The notes below the pieces were generated by a model. That model was not told the DNA's origin, searched no databases, and saw only the letters and a list, made by a program, of their open reading frames with translations. The translations under genes and the position numbers were made by a program. A stretch of 64,000 bases of DNA from an uncultured Verrucomicrobiae bacterium (GTDB taxonomy: Bacteria; Verrucomicrobiota; Verrucomicrobiia; Limisphaerales; Palsa-1400), in NCBI GenBank assembly GCA_963707025.1, contig CAVPOM010000015.1, forward strand, positions 206,118 through 270,117, given 5' to 3'. How positions within the stretch are numbered: the stretch's first letter is position 1; each line of letters opens with the position of its first letter. This document shows positions 30,370 through 40,801 of this stretch, in pieces.

Positions 30370-31364
30370 TTAGGTTGTTGATTGTGTCGTTTGTTCGATC
30401 AATTCCTCTACCGACCAAGAGTGGTCGGTGAGTTTCGCGCCCACAGCGGGCGTACATCCCAAAGTTGAATGGACCTTGCAGAAATTATAGGCCGCCACAA
30501 ACAGGCTGTTCGCCGCCTTGTGGTTTTCCAGCTTGCGGGACCAGCCGAGGCCGAGGCGCACAAACCGCTTGTTGAAATGCCGGACGGTCAAATTGGCCCG
30601 TTCAACATGGCTGGTGCAAATTCTGTCCCGGCGTGGATTACCCGCCTTCACCCGAACCTTGACGCCGACGAAGGGGGCGGGTGAATATCGCCGGGCAGCT
30701 TCGACTTGGCCAAGCGGGGTGGCGAACTGCTTTACCATAACGGCATAATCCAGCCGCTCCAAGAGGTATTGGCGGATGATGGCCGGGTATGCCCGAAAGG
30801 CGTCGCTGGTGATTTGGATGCGCCCGACGATTCGGGAGGCCAAATCCTTTACGAAAACATCTGTATCTCGGCATCCCGTTTGCCCGTGTAATGGCTGACA
30901 ATCAGCTTCTCCCGCGCCGCGATACCCAGGAACGTGTAAAAGTCGCCGCGCTCGGTGTCATCTTCCGTTGTGCGGCTCTGGCGGATTGCGACCCGGCTCC
31001 AGAGTTCGTCAACCTGAACCGAATCGGTGGTGATATTGCGAACGAGCCGATCATGCAGGCCAGCGCAGGCGGTGCCAACTTCCGACAGGACACCCAAAAC
31101 CGTCCGGGTGTGGCAATCGGTTAATCGGCTGATGGCGCGGACTCCGCATCCCTCGGAGAACAGGCGGACAATCTGGACAATCTTCCCATGCTCGATCCTC
31201 ACGCCTTCCAACGGCTGGGATTCGGAAAATGTTTTCCCACACCGGACGCAGCGGTAACGCTGGACGATTCGGTTGCGGTTCTCAAAATGGCCGAAACGCT
31301 GGGTTTCGCCCTGACAGCAATGACAATTCAACTTGCCTTTCCGGGCAGGATGAACTACTGTCAA
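30370..31364 (-). CDS. IS1-family transposase (Zn ribbon-HTH-DDE); frameshift near 30865; true start may be TTG 31331
   Basis: CHCC...QRYRCVRCGKTF, EGCGVRAISRLT, VQVDELWS, ITSDAFRAY, TSHVERANLTVRH...RFVRLGLGWSRKLENH, YNFCKVH. Confidence 0.88.
31333..31361 (+). promoter_or_regulatory. Antisense (pOUT-like) sigma70 promoter over the transposase start
   Basis: TTGCCT (31333-31338), 17-bp spacer, TACTGT (31356-31361). Confidence 0.5.
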
Positions 31365-31564
31365 GTCTGCATCTAGCGATGTGCGACCGAACGCAGTTCA
31401 CGCTGCGCTTTGTTGCGCCCTGCCGGTGTTCAAGCACTGGCAGGGCAGTTTAAATTTTAGGATCAGGGCGGGGTGTCTCCGGCTAATGAAGCTGGGATTT
31501 ACCGTCTAAGGGAAGCCTTGCAAGCTCCCCGCCCGTTCCTGAAATTACTTCGCAGAACGGGGGT

Positions 31565-31592
31565 AGTTTACCACATCCACCTTAAGACGCAA
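31565..31592 (-). promoter_or_regulatory. Candidate transposase promoter
   Basis: Minus strand TTGCGT, 16-bp spacer, TAAACT with an extended TGn motif. Confidence 0.45.
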
Positions 31593-31652
31593 GCAAATGT
31601 TTATTGCGAATAGGGCATGTGCTTATGATGTAAAAGATTGTGCGAAATGGCC

Positions 31653-31681
31653 TTGACATCCATAAGCATGAGGCTTATCGT
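31653..31681 (+). promoter_or_regulatory. Promoter for a probably leaderless wHTH gene
   Basis: TTGACA (31653-31658), 17-bp spacer, TATCGT (31676-31681); ATG follows 6 nt later. Confidence 0.55.
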
Positions 31682-31687
31682 GCGGGT

Positions 31688-32089
31688 ATGGTTGATGATA
31701 AATTTGACATTTTAAAATCGAAATACTCGGAGCGCCTTCGCCAGGCAGAGCGCCAGGTGTCCGAATTAAAAGAGAAGCTCCGCCTTATCAAGGAACTGGA
31801 AGTTGAGGCCAACGCCCAAGCGGTGAATGGGGCCGACGCTGTGGATGGCCAATATAAAACCGCCACTCTTACCCCCGCCATTTTTGATGCCCTGTCGGTT
31901 CTGGCTAAATCCGATTGGATCACCGGCGGTGCGATAAGGAAACATCTCCTGGCGCACGGGTTCCAGCCGAAGGGAAATCATTTTTCCACTTCGGTCAACC
32001 TGACGCTAAGGCGGCTGGCGAAAAACAAGCAAATCCAGACAAAATTGGAGGAGGGAAGCCGACTTTACCAGAGCATCGAAAAGAAATGA
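31688..32089 (+). CDS. Coiled-coil plus winged-helix-like protein, putative regulator
   Basis: N-terminal heptads (LRQAERQVSELKEKLRLIKELE), then AIFDALSV...GGAIRKHLLAHGF...SVNLTLRRLAKNKQI...SRLY; divergent from the transposase. Confidence 0.6.
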   Translation: MVDDKFDILKSKYSERLRQAERQVSELKEKLRLIKELEVEANAQAVNGADAVDGQYKTATLTPAIFDALSVLAKSDWITGGAIRKHLLAHGFQPKGNHFSTSVNLTLRRLAKNKQIQTKLEEGSRLYQSIEKK

Positions 32090-32172
32090 TTGCAGAAAAG
32101 GGGCGCGGAGGATAGCGTGGCACATTCACTTGCATCATTAGCAAGAGACAACGCGCCCCTTTTCTGCAATCA
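32079..32172 (-). ncRNA. Candidate small structured RNA (~90 nt)
   Basis: Perfect 21-bp stem (32087-32107 / 32152-32172) around a 44-nt interior. Minus-strand promoter TTGACT-17-CATACT (32207-32179) points at the stem start, and a TTTCTTTT tail follows. Confidence 0.55.
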
Positions 32173-32325
32173 CGAGACAGTATGGCTTTTTGCAATGCGA
32201 AAGTCAAACAGAGTTTTAAACGAAGGTCCACACCGTGGGGCGGGACCGCCTTCGGGGAAAAAGGCAGGGTTTTTTGGAGGATTTTTCATTTGATTTTAAA
32301 AGTGAAAAATCTTTAAATCACGCCT

Positions 32326-32790
32326 ATGGAACCGTTGAAGCCTTCCGACCCTGATTATCTTCCGCCCACCAAGGGCAAGACACCGGAAGAAATGGCGGAC
32401 TGGATGGCCAAGAATATGCCGGGTAAGCCGGAATATCTGACATGCCTTTGCAGGGCGTGCTCTCAAAAATTGGAATTTCCCGTCGAATTGTTTTTCCAGA
32501 ATTTTAAATGCCCGACGTGTGGAGAAGTGACGCGACTTTTCAATCGAGAATATGGCGATCTCGTCACGACGGAAATGGGGAGGCGGGTTGAAGCATATTC
32601 ACGCAGGGTTGGATGTCCAAATTGCGGCTGCTTGGATTATGATCTCTATGAACCAGCAAGGCCGGTCGTTTTTGGTTCGATGACTTTCACGGGCCAGCTT
32701 CTCGCCGGAATTTCAAACAGCATGGCAGATGCCATGTTCAAGCCGGAAAAGGTGTGCTGTAAATGTGGCCAGCACAGGCCAGATTTTTAA
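32326..32790 (+). CDS. Multi-CxxC zinc-ribbon passenger protein
   Basis: CRAC, CPTC, CPNC, CCKC pairs; ends 2 bp before the right IR. Confidence 0.65.
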   Translation: MEPLKPSDPDYLPPTKGKTPEEMADWMAKNMPGKPEYLTCLCRACSQKLEFPVELFFQNFKCPTCGEVTRLFNREYGDLVTTEMGRRVEAYSRRVGCPNCGCLDYDLYEPARPVVFGSMTFTGQLLAGISNSMADAMFKPEKVCCKCGQHRPDF

Positions 32791-32888
32791 GCATTTATCA
32801 ACAATCTGGTAGTACACGACCCAACTTTCCACGGCTCCGCTTTTCCTCTTGCCTCTTGGCGCCGTCGGCGCAACATCCGCCCATCACT

Positions 32889-34438
32889 ATGAAAATACTA
32901 TGCCTCCTTCTGGTTGTGACCGTGCCGGCTTTCGCCCAGGGCCGCCGCGGGCGCGGCGCGCAAATTGATGCCACCGTCCCGTCCCAGCGCTCCGGAAGCG
33001 TTGACACCAATACTCCCGTCTCGGAGAAGATTGATGAAACGCCGGTCATCACGCATCACACCAATACGGTCGGCGGCAGGACGCTGGTCTATACCGCCAC
33101 GGCGGCGGAGATGCCGATTTTCAACGCGGTCGGCGAAGTGGAAGCGCACATGTTCTATGTCGCCTACACGCTGGATGAGGCCAGCAATAATCCGGCCCGG
33201 CGGCCGGTGTCCTTTTCCTTTAACGGCGGGCCGGGCTCGGCTTCGGTCTGGGTCCACATGGGTGCCTTTGGCCCAGGCGGGTGAACCTGACGGACAGCGG
33301 CGACATGCCGCCGCCGCCCTACCATTTGGTGGACAACGAAGACACGCTGCTGGATCAAACGGACCTGGTGTTCATTGACGCGGTGGGCACGGGTTTCAGC
33401 CGCGCCAAATCGCCGGAACTGGCGCGCAAATATGAGGGGGTGCAGGGCGATTTGACGGCCTTCGGGGAATTTATCCGCCTGTATTTGACACGCAATTCGC
33501 GCTGGCTCTCGCCCCTGTTCATCGTGGGGGAAAGCTACGGGACCTTCCGGGCGGCGGGCCTGGCCGGAACCCTGGTGGAACAGGGGATCGCGCTCAACGG
33601 CGTGGTTTTGGTTTCGACCATTTTATATTACGAGACCGCGCGCGCCAGCCTGGCCAACGGGCTGCCTTATGCCTTGAACATCCCAACCTACGCCGCCGAC
33701 GCCTGGTATCATAAGAAGCTGGCCCCGGACCTGCAACGGCTGGAGGTGCCGGTCTTGACCAAGGAAGTCGAGGGCTGGGCCATGACCGCCTATCTCCAGG
33801 CGCTGAACAAGGGGGACCAATTGCCCGACGGCGAACGCAAGGAGGTGGTGGCCCGGCTGGCGAGATATACCGGGTTGAGCACCAATTACGTGGACCAAAG
33901 CAACCTGCGCTTCGGCGTCGGCCAGTTCACCCGCGAATTGTTGCGCGACGAAAAATTGACCATTGGCCGCTACGACGGGCGGCTGACCGGGCCGTCGCCG
34001 TTGAACATGGGGGAAACGTCGGATTTCGATCCTTCCGGCTCACTGCCCCTGCCGCCCTTCCGGGCGACGTTCATGGATTACGTGCGCGGCACCTTGGAAT
34101 TCAAGACGGACATGACCTATTATATCAGCGGCGGCACGGTGGGATGGGATTGGGGCGTGGTCAACGGCTATGTTGAAACCGGCAGCCTCCTGCGCAGCGC
34201 CTTTCAGAAAAATCCGCATCTGAAAGTGCTGGTGTGCGCCGGCTATTTCGATTTGGCCTGCCCCTACTTCGACGCCGAATATGCGCTCAACCACCTGGGC
34301 ATTCACCCCGAGACGCAGAAGAACATCTCTTGGGCCTTCTACGAAGCTGGCCACATGATGTACATTGACCGCAAATCGCACGCCAAGCTCAGGCACGACA
34401 TCGCCGCGTTCATGCAGCAGAACGTCCCGGCGCAGTGA
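32889..34438 (+). CDS. S10 serine carboxypeptidase; frameshift near 33272
   Basis: Signal peptide; FSFNGGPGSAS, LVFIDAVGTGFS, VGESYGT, GYFDLACP, YEAGHMMY. Confidence 0.9.
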
Positions 34439-34499
34439 GGACCGAGGACGAACGAGCCAAGAAAGCTTGCAAGAATTGGCCGAAGCATTACGTTGCCGG

Positions 34500-35156
34500 G
34501 TGTGCCGGGTACTTTTAACGGTTCAGTTTCTCCGCGACGAAGCAATTGCCTTTGCCAGAGTGGAGTCAAAATTCGCCGAGCCGTCTCTGTTTGGGGTTAC
34601 GGATGGAAAAGCTGTCGGGACTTATCTTGAGCACAAGTTTCAAGCGTACCTACAAAGCAAATATCAATATGCCAAGGGAAGTTCGGCCAGGGGAATTGAT
34701 TTCCCGGAATTGGATGTTGACATAAAAGTCACCAGCATTCGCCAGCCACAGTCCTCCTGCCCGTTCAAAAGCGCCCGCCAAAAGATCTACGGTCTTGGCT
34801 ACTCACTGCTTGTTTTCGTCTATGACAAGCACGATGATCCGCAGACTCAGACGGGCCGCCTGGAATTGCAGCACACGATTTTTGTCGAAAAAGAACGCAC
34901 GGCCGATTATCAGATCACCGTTGCCTTGCGGAACATGATTGAGAACGGCGCGAATCGTGATGACATTCTCGCCTGTTTCGAAGAACGTCTTTTGCCGGTT
35001 GACAATGTTGAAGCGGAAGCGTTGGCCGAGGAGGTTCTACGGAATATGCCGCCGATCGGCTATTTGACGATCTCGAACGCCCTCCAATGGCGGCTTCAGT
35101 ATTCCAGGGTGATTGAACAAGCCGGAAAAGTGGAAGGAGTTTTGCGGCTGGAATGA
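34500..35156 (+). CDS. Putative type II restriction endonuclease (start uncertain)
   Basis: PD-(D/E)xK-like GIDFPELDVDIKVTS; GVTDGKAVGTYLEH; stop overlaps the MTase start. Confidence 0.7.
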   Translation: MCRVLLTVQFLRDEAIAFARVESKFAEPSLFGVTDGKAVGTYLEHKFQAYLQSKYQYAKGSSARGIDFPELDVDIKVTSIRQPQSSCPFKSARQKIYGLGYSLLVFVYDKHDDPQTQTGRLELQHTIFVEKERTADYQITVALRNMIENGANRDDILACFEERLLPVDNVEAEALAEEVLRNMPPIGYLTISNALQWRLQYSRVIEQAGKVEGVLRLE

Positions 35157-36693
35157 GATCGAATGCGAAAGTTGAGTTTGGGGATTTTCAGACCCCGCAG
35201 GCGCTGGCCAACCAAGTTTGCGCGCTGTTGGCGCGACGCCAAATTGTTCCGGACTTCGTTCTCGAACCAACTTGCGGAGTTGGCTCTTTTCTTGTGGCGG
35301 CCGCCCACTCGTTTTCCCGCGCGCAATTGTTCGGCTGGGACATCAATGGCGATTATGTGGAAAAAACGCGCGCCGCTCTCCGCCAGGCAGGCGCGGCTGG
35401 GCGCTCTACGGTTGCGCGGCAGGATTTTTTCAAACACAACTGGGAACGGGAACTGGCCGGTTTTAAGGGCGAACTTCTCATTCTCGGCAATCTTCCTTGG
35501 GTCACAAATGCCGCGGTTTCCAGTCTCAACGGGGGCAATGTGCCTGTCAAGCGCAATTTTCAAGGATTTCGCGGCCTGGAGGCTCGCACCGGCAAATCCA
35601 ATTTCGATATTTCGGAATGGATGCTGATTGAGCTGATAAAATCCCTGCGTGGAAGGCCGGCGACCATCGCAGTACTTTGCAAGACGGCCATCGCCCGAAA
35701 ATTGCTTCGCTTCGCATGGCAGAATGACGGACGGATCACGGCGGCATCGCTTTATCTCATTGACGCCAAAAAGCATTTTGAAGCAGCAGTGGATGCTTGC
35801 TTGCTTTTGGCGCGAACCGGCTCGGCAGGTCCGACGGAAGCGGCGGTTTTTGACGATCTGCAGGCCCAAACGCCAGCAAAGGTTTTGGGCTTGGCCGGCC
35901 AGGATCTTGTCTCCAATGTCCGGGATTACGAAAAGCTCAGGCATTTGGAGGGACTTTGCCCATATCAATGGCGGTCCGGTGTCAAACATGATTGCTCCTC
36001 GGTGATGGAACTCTGGCTCGAGGGGGAAACGTGCTGCGCAACAAACTCGATGAGAAAGTGGAACTCGAACCGGACTTTTTGTTTCCGCTCCTAAAATGCT
36101 CCGACCTGGCAAATGGCAGAACCGAGCCGGAGCGTTTTGTTTTGGTGACGCAAACGCGGGTTGGCGAAGATACTTCCGGGATTTCCACCAAAGCTCCTCT
36201 GACCTGGAATTATCTGGATTCACACAGAAGACTTTTCGAGGCGCGAAAGAGTTCCATCTACGCCAGCCGGATTCCGTTCGCGCTTTTTGGCATCGGCGAT
36301 TATTCATTTGCGCCGTGGAAGGTGGCGATTTCGGGATTCCATAAGACACCGCGCTTTGTCCGGGTGGCGCCTTGGCAAGACAAGCCGGTTTTTTTTGATG
36401 ATGCGTGTTATTTTCTGCCGTTTCAGAACCTGGAAGAAACCGAAGCCGTCGCCGATATTCTAAATTCCGAGCCATGTCTGCGTTTTATTGCGTCGCTTTT
36501 GTTTGAAGATTCCAAGCGCCCGATTACGGTTGAACTGCTGCAACGGCTCAACCTTTACGCAATCGCAGAAGAAGCGGGTTTGGCCGATAGATGGGCATCC
36601 GCTCGCAATCAGCGGAATTGTTATCCTTGTGAGAGCGAGTCCCGGCAAGCTGAATTCCTGATGGAACGACCAGCGTCCTCACGGCAAAAATGA
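35153..36693 (+). CDS. Amino (N6-A/N4-C) DNA methyltransferase; frameshift near 36022
   Basis: FGDFQTP, VLEPTCGVGSF (motif I), ILGNLPW (motif IV variant); target-recognition part in ORF 35992-36693. Confidence 0.8.
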
Positions 36694-36848
36694 TGCCGCG
36701 GAGCACGCTTGGGGTGCTTTGCCGTCCGGATTGACGAGCCGCGAAATGCCGGATTTCTCCGGAGGGTGCGGGTTGCAGACGCCCGGGGGTTGCCAGGCCG
36801 GGAAATCACCGTTGCCGCCCGCCCCGTCCTGACGGACACGATGGATTC

Positions 36849-39178
36849 TCATTTGGTTTCGATTTTGAAAAGGGCAGAGGCGTTGGCCGCGAGATCAAGG
36901 GGGAATTCGGTGACGCCGTCGGCCACGACCGAGTTCTGCAAAAGGTCGGTGACGCGCGACGGGCGCGGCAGCTTGATGCGGCGCGAACCGCCGCCCGGCG
37001 CGTAAACGCCCAGGAAATCGCCGCCGGCGGAGACGACATCGCCGGCGTCGCTGTATATGTGACAGCCGGCGGCGCGGGCGATGTTGCGCAGCAGGTCGGC
37101 CGGAAGAATCGGCGCGCTGGAATAGACGGAGGTCCAGCCCGCCTGCTGCTTGACAACCAATCCGGGCCGGGCCAGTCCGGCCAGTTGGCCGAGAACGGCC
37201 GCGTCCGGGTCGGCGCCGAAGAAGCGCGGGCTGATGCGAAAGCCGGGCAGATCGCGTTGCAGGCCCGGATCGCGCGGGTCTTTGAGATAAACCTGGTGAT
37301 CGTAGTAGCGGATGATGTCCTTGACGTTGACATCCGTGCCGTAGGCGGAATTCTTCAGGCTCCGGGTGTAAGGGGAGTTGGTCTCGGTGATGTCCACATG
37401 CAATTCGCCGGCCGTCAGGCTCTCTGCCAGTGTGATGCCGGCCAGGGCGCTCATGCTGTCCACGGAAAGTTGGTCGGTGATGTAGCCGGGGGCATAAACC
37501 CAGACGGCGGTGGCGTGGTTGCGTTTGAGTTTGGCGTGGATGGCGTCGCGCTGGGCGGGGGTGACGTGAAAGGTGTTCAGAAAAAGGTAGAGTTTGTAGT
37601 CTTTGAGATCCGGGTTGTCCAGGTCGCTCAAAAGCTGCGGTTCCCAGGGCGCGCCGAGGAAGCCCAACTGCCATTGCTTTTGCGCTGTCAATAATGCGTT
37701 GAAGAGCGGCTCGCCATCGCCGCAATACATGAAGCCGGATTCGTCGAGCACCACGGCAATTTCTGCGGCGGACTTTTTATTGCTGTCGAGGGATTGCGTG
37801 TCCACCTGGCGCAGGGCGGCGAGGAGGCTGATGATCCGGTCGTCGTGGTAATCGCCGCCCAACAGGTCGGTCCACCAGAGTCCGAAGCCCTTGCTCAGGG
37901 AGTAGGCGTAATCGCGGATGAGCAGGCCGCGGGTTTCCTCGAAGCTGACGGGGAGATGGAGGCCGTTGCCCCAGCGCCACTGGCGTTGCTGGAGGTGCGT
38001 TTCGGTGTCCACCTCGTTGAAGTAAAGCTTGCCGTGCATCTGGGCCGCTTCCGGCAGGGACTGGGAATTGTCGGGGCCGCCAATTTCCTTGTTGTCATAA
38101 GTATAGGGGCTGGCCAGAAAATTGACTTCGGGCGCGGCCAGCACCTTGGTCAGGCCAAGCTGCCCGGAGTGAACCGCGCTGAGGTTGGGGAAATTGCACC
38201 AGAGATAGCCGTAAAAGGCCCCGGTGATTTTTTGGTGATGCGTGATTTCCTGGAGCCAGCGGCAATTCTCGATCAGCACCGAGGCGACGGAATCGTTGTA
38301 AAACTCAAAAAAATCCGGGACGCGCCTGCTGAGGGCCGGATCGAAAAAAATGCCGTGGGTGGTGGTGTATCGCGCTTTTTCATCGGGGGGCTCGGCGGCA
38401 TCGAGGCTGGTCTTGGGGTCGCCCCAGGCGCGGCGGAGGGCCTCATCGGTTTTATACTTGTCACCAAGCCAGCGGCGGAAGGCGGTTTTGGCGGCGGGGC
38501 TGTAATCTTCCACGCCGAATTTGGCGGGCGGCGGGGCCCGGGCGGGACTTCCCAGAAGGAATTGAAAGGGAGCCATTCGCCGCCGAAGCCGTTGCCGGCC
38601 TGGTAGCCCGCGATATTGTCCCCGTATTTTTCCTCCAGGTGGGTGACCAGCGCCTTCATGGCCTGGCGCGATAGTTCCCGGTAATGCTCCGAGGAAAAAG
38701 AGGGATGGGTGCGGCCGGCGGGCATGCCCGCCGCAGAACCGTCGTCGCGCCGGGTGATTTCGTCCGGATACTCCCGCGCGAACCATTCGTCGGGGGTAAG
38801 GAGGACGCGGCCGATAAAAAGCGCCTTGGGATTTATTTTCAAATAGGCGTCCAGCCGCGCGTCCAGGCGCGAGAAATTGTATTGCGCGTCGGAGGTCCAG
38901 GCGAAGCGGAAGTAGATGTTGTAAATTTGGATGCCGGCGCGGAGGAAATCGTTGTAGTCGTTGGTGCCCGCCTGGTAGGGGGCGGCCGCCATCTGGCTGG
39001 CCGGCTGGCCATTGATGAAAAGAGCCGGCACGCCGTGGAGCAGCTTGACTTCGGTGACCAGGGCGGCTCCGGCCTGGGGCTGCAGGGCGAGAGCAAGCAA
39101 CAGGCAAAATAGAATACTCGCTTTTTTCACGACGACTGGTTCGCCCGCAGGGTAGCAGGGCGGGGGGAAATGCAACAT
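36849..39178 (-). CDS. Secreted GH42-like beta-galactosidase/glycoside hydrolase; frameshift near 38530
   Basis: Signal peptide; YNFSRLDARL, HPSFSSEHYR, GNGFGGEW, FRRWLGDKY...LRRAWG, LYFNEVDTET; C-terminal trimerisation-like domain. Confidence 0.7.
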
Positions 39179-39259
39179 GCAAAATGCGGAATGATCGCGG
39201 ATAGGGATGCGCCCGTCACACCTTGTCGAAGTGGCGCCTGGCAGCGCCGCTTTGCAGGC

Positions 39260-39361
39260 AATTGAGAATTGAAAATTGACAATTTCTAATTGGTAATTGA
39301 GCGGTCGGGGAAGTGGTCTTCAATTGTTAATGACCAATCTTCAATGACCAATTCTCAATCC
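39260..39361. repeat. Opposed AT-rich heptamer arrays
   Basis: aattgag/aattgaa/aattgac... facing ...caatgac/caattct/caatc. Confidence 0.7.
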
Positions 39362-39412
39362 GAATCGGCCTTGGTCCGAATATAAAATCGGAGGTTGTTT
39401 TTGCAGGGATCC

Positions 39413-40609
39413 TTATCTCGGGTCCTCAATCGCGCCATGGAAAAGAATCGCGCCGGTCTGGTTTTCCCGGATGGCCACATAAAAAGGCCGGTCCACGATC
39501 ATGGTGAAAGGAGGCTCGGGTTCGCGCCGGACCAGCGAGGGCCTCATCGCGATGCCGCTGGCGGCGGCGGCTTCCGTTCCCTCCTCGTTCACCTCCACAA
39601 AGGTCTTTTGCACCACCTGGCTGATGTGCAAAGGCTCCTCGGAAATGCCGGCAAACTCCGCTTCGCGGCTGAAGGCGCGCGGCATTCCCAGCGCCTTGAG
39701 TTCCCCGTTCAGCTCATATTTGTTTTCCAGCTTGAAGCGCGGCAGTTCCAGCGTTCCCTCCCTCGCACGGAACTGCGCCATGCATTGCTCCCAATTTTCC
39801 GGCGTGAGGTCCTGGATAAACTTGTCCAGGTTTTCCTTGGGCAAAAAGACGCACAGGCTAGCCTGCCGGCTGGCGTAAGGCAGCATCACCGCCTGGAAAC
39901 CGGCGCTCTCCAAATAGCTCATCCGGTCCTGGCGAGTCATTCGCGGATGCGGCACCGTTTGCCCGGCGCGCAAGGTGAAAGGCTGGTCGCGCGTCAACTT
40001 CTTGTCGAACGGCGTCTCCCAACTTCCCTTGAAATAAATCGCATCGAGCAGGATGAGGCGCAGATCCGGCGGCAGCGGCGGGTCGAAGATGGAGGGGATT
40101 TTGCCGTGGGTGTTTTGGCCCACCCAATCATTGATTCTCTTCACCGTGGCCGGATCTTTAAAATCCACCCCGGCCACTTCCGCCCGGTACGACTTCTCGC
40201 AACTGGAGACAAAGTCCGGCTTGATTTTTGCGTCCGCCTGCGTCCAAAGACTGTTGGCGATTTCCAGTTTGATTCTCGCATCCAGTCCCAACAGATGGTC
40301 GAGCAACAATTTGTTGCCCTCATTCCAGGCCGGGGCCGCCACTCCCGGCATTTGCAGCGTCCCGGCCATTTGCTCCAAGGTCTGGCCGCGCGCGCCGTTG
40401 CCGGCCATGGCCAGCGCCAGCGCCATTCCCACCGGGCTTTGAAAGACGTTGCGGCCGGGCGCCTCTTTTCTGGTTTCCGCCAGCAATTTGAAGCCGAAGG
40501 CGTTGTCCGCCCGCGCCGCCCTCTCCAGCGCGGGATTAGACCCCGGCAACGCTTGGGCGGACGCCAGTTCAGCAACCATCAAACAACCAAGCAGGGCCAG
40601 GATCTTCAT
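39413..40609 (-). CDS. Secreted serpin
   Basis: NVFQSP, INDWVGQNTHGKI, AIYFKGSW, LPRFKLE, VNEEGTEAAAAS, VDRPF. Confidence 0.95.
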   Translation of the reverse strand: MKILALLGCLMVAELASAQALPGSNPALERAARADNAFGFKLLAETRKEAPGRNVFQSPVGMALALAMAGNGARGQTLEQMAGTLQMPGVAAPAWNEGNKLLLDHLLGLDARIKLEIANSLWTQADAKIKPDFVSSCEKSYRAEVAGVDFKDPATVKRINDWVGQNTHGKIPSIFDPPLPPDLRLILLDAIYFKGSWETPFDKKLTRDQPFTLRAGQTVPHPRMTRQDRMSYLESAGFQAVMLPYASRQASLCVFLPKENLDKFIQDLTPENWEQCMAQFRAREGTLELPRFKLENKYELNGELKALGMPRAFSREAEFAGISEEPLHISQVVQKTFVEVNEEGTEAAAASGIAMRPSLVRREPEPPFTMIVDRPFYVAIRENQTGAILFHGAIEDPR

Positions 40610-40801
40610 AGTGGTAGGGCGGGCCCCGGCCTGCCGGGACCCGCCGCTGGGATAATCTTATCACAAACTGCAAGCGGCGCAATCCGCCACCCCCCATCAC
40701 CGTTGGGTGCCTCGGACAGATCGGTCGGATTGGTCGGATCGGTCGGATCAAGCCCGGAAGTCGGGATTGAAAAAGCCGCGGCCCACTGGCAACCTGTGCC
40801 C

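Larger units (their letters stand above)
27690..32821 (-). mobile_element. IS1-family transposon with passenger genes (5132 bp including a nested IS4)
   Basis: Terminal IRs GGTCGTGTACTACCAGATTGTTGAT(G/A)AAT (27690-27718 / 32793-32821, 28/29 match); 8-bp TSD CAACTTTC (27682-27689, 32822-32829); internal IS1-type transposase. Confidence 0.9.

Noticed and set aside
39395..40801. 795-aa extended KpsF ORF
   Set aside because: The extension is the antisense of the serpin gene; the real start is ATG 40802.
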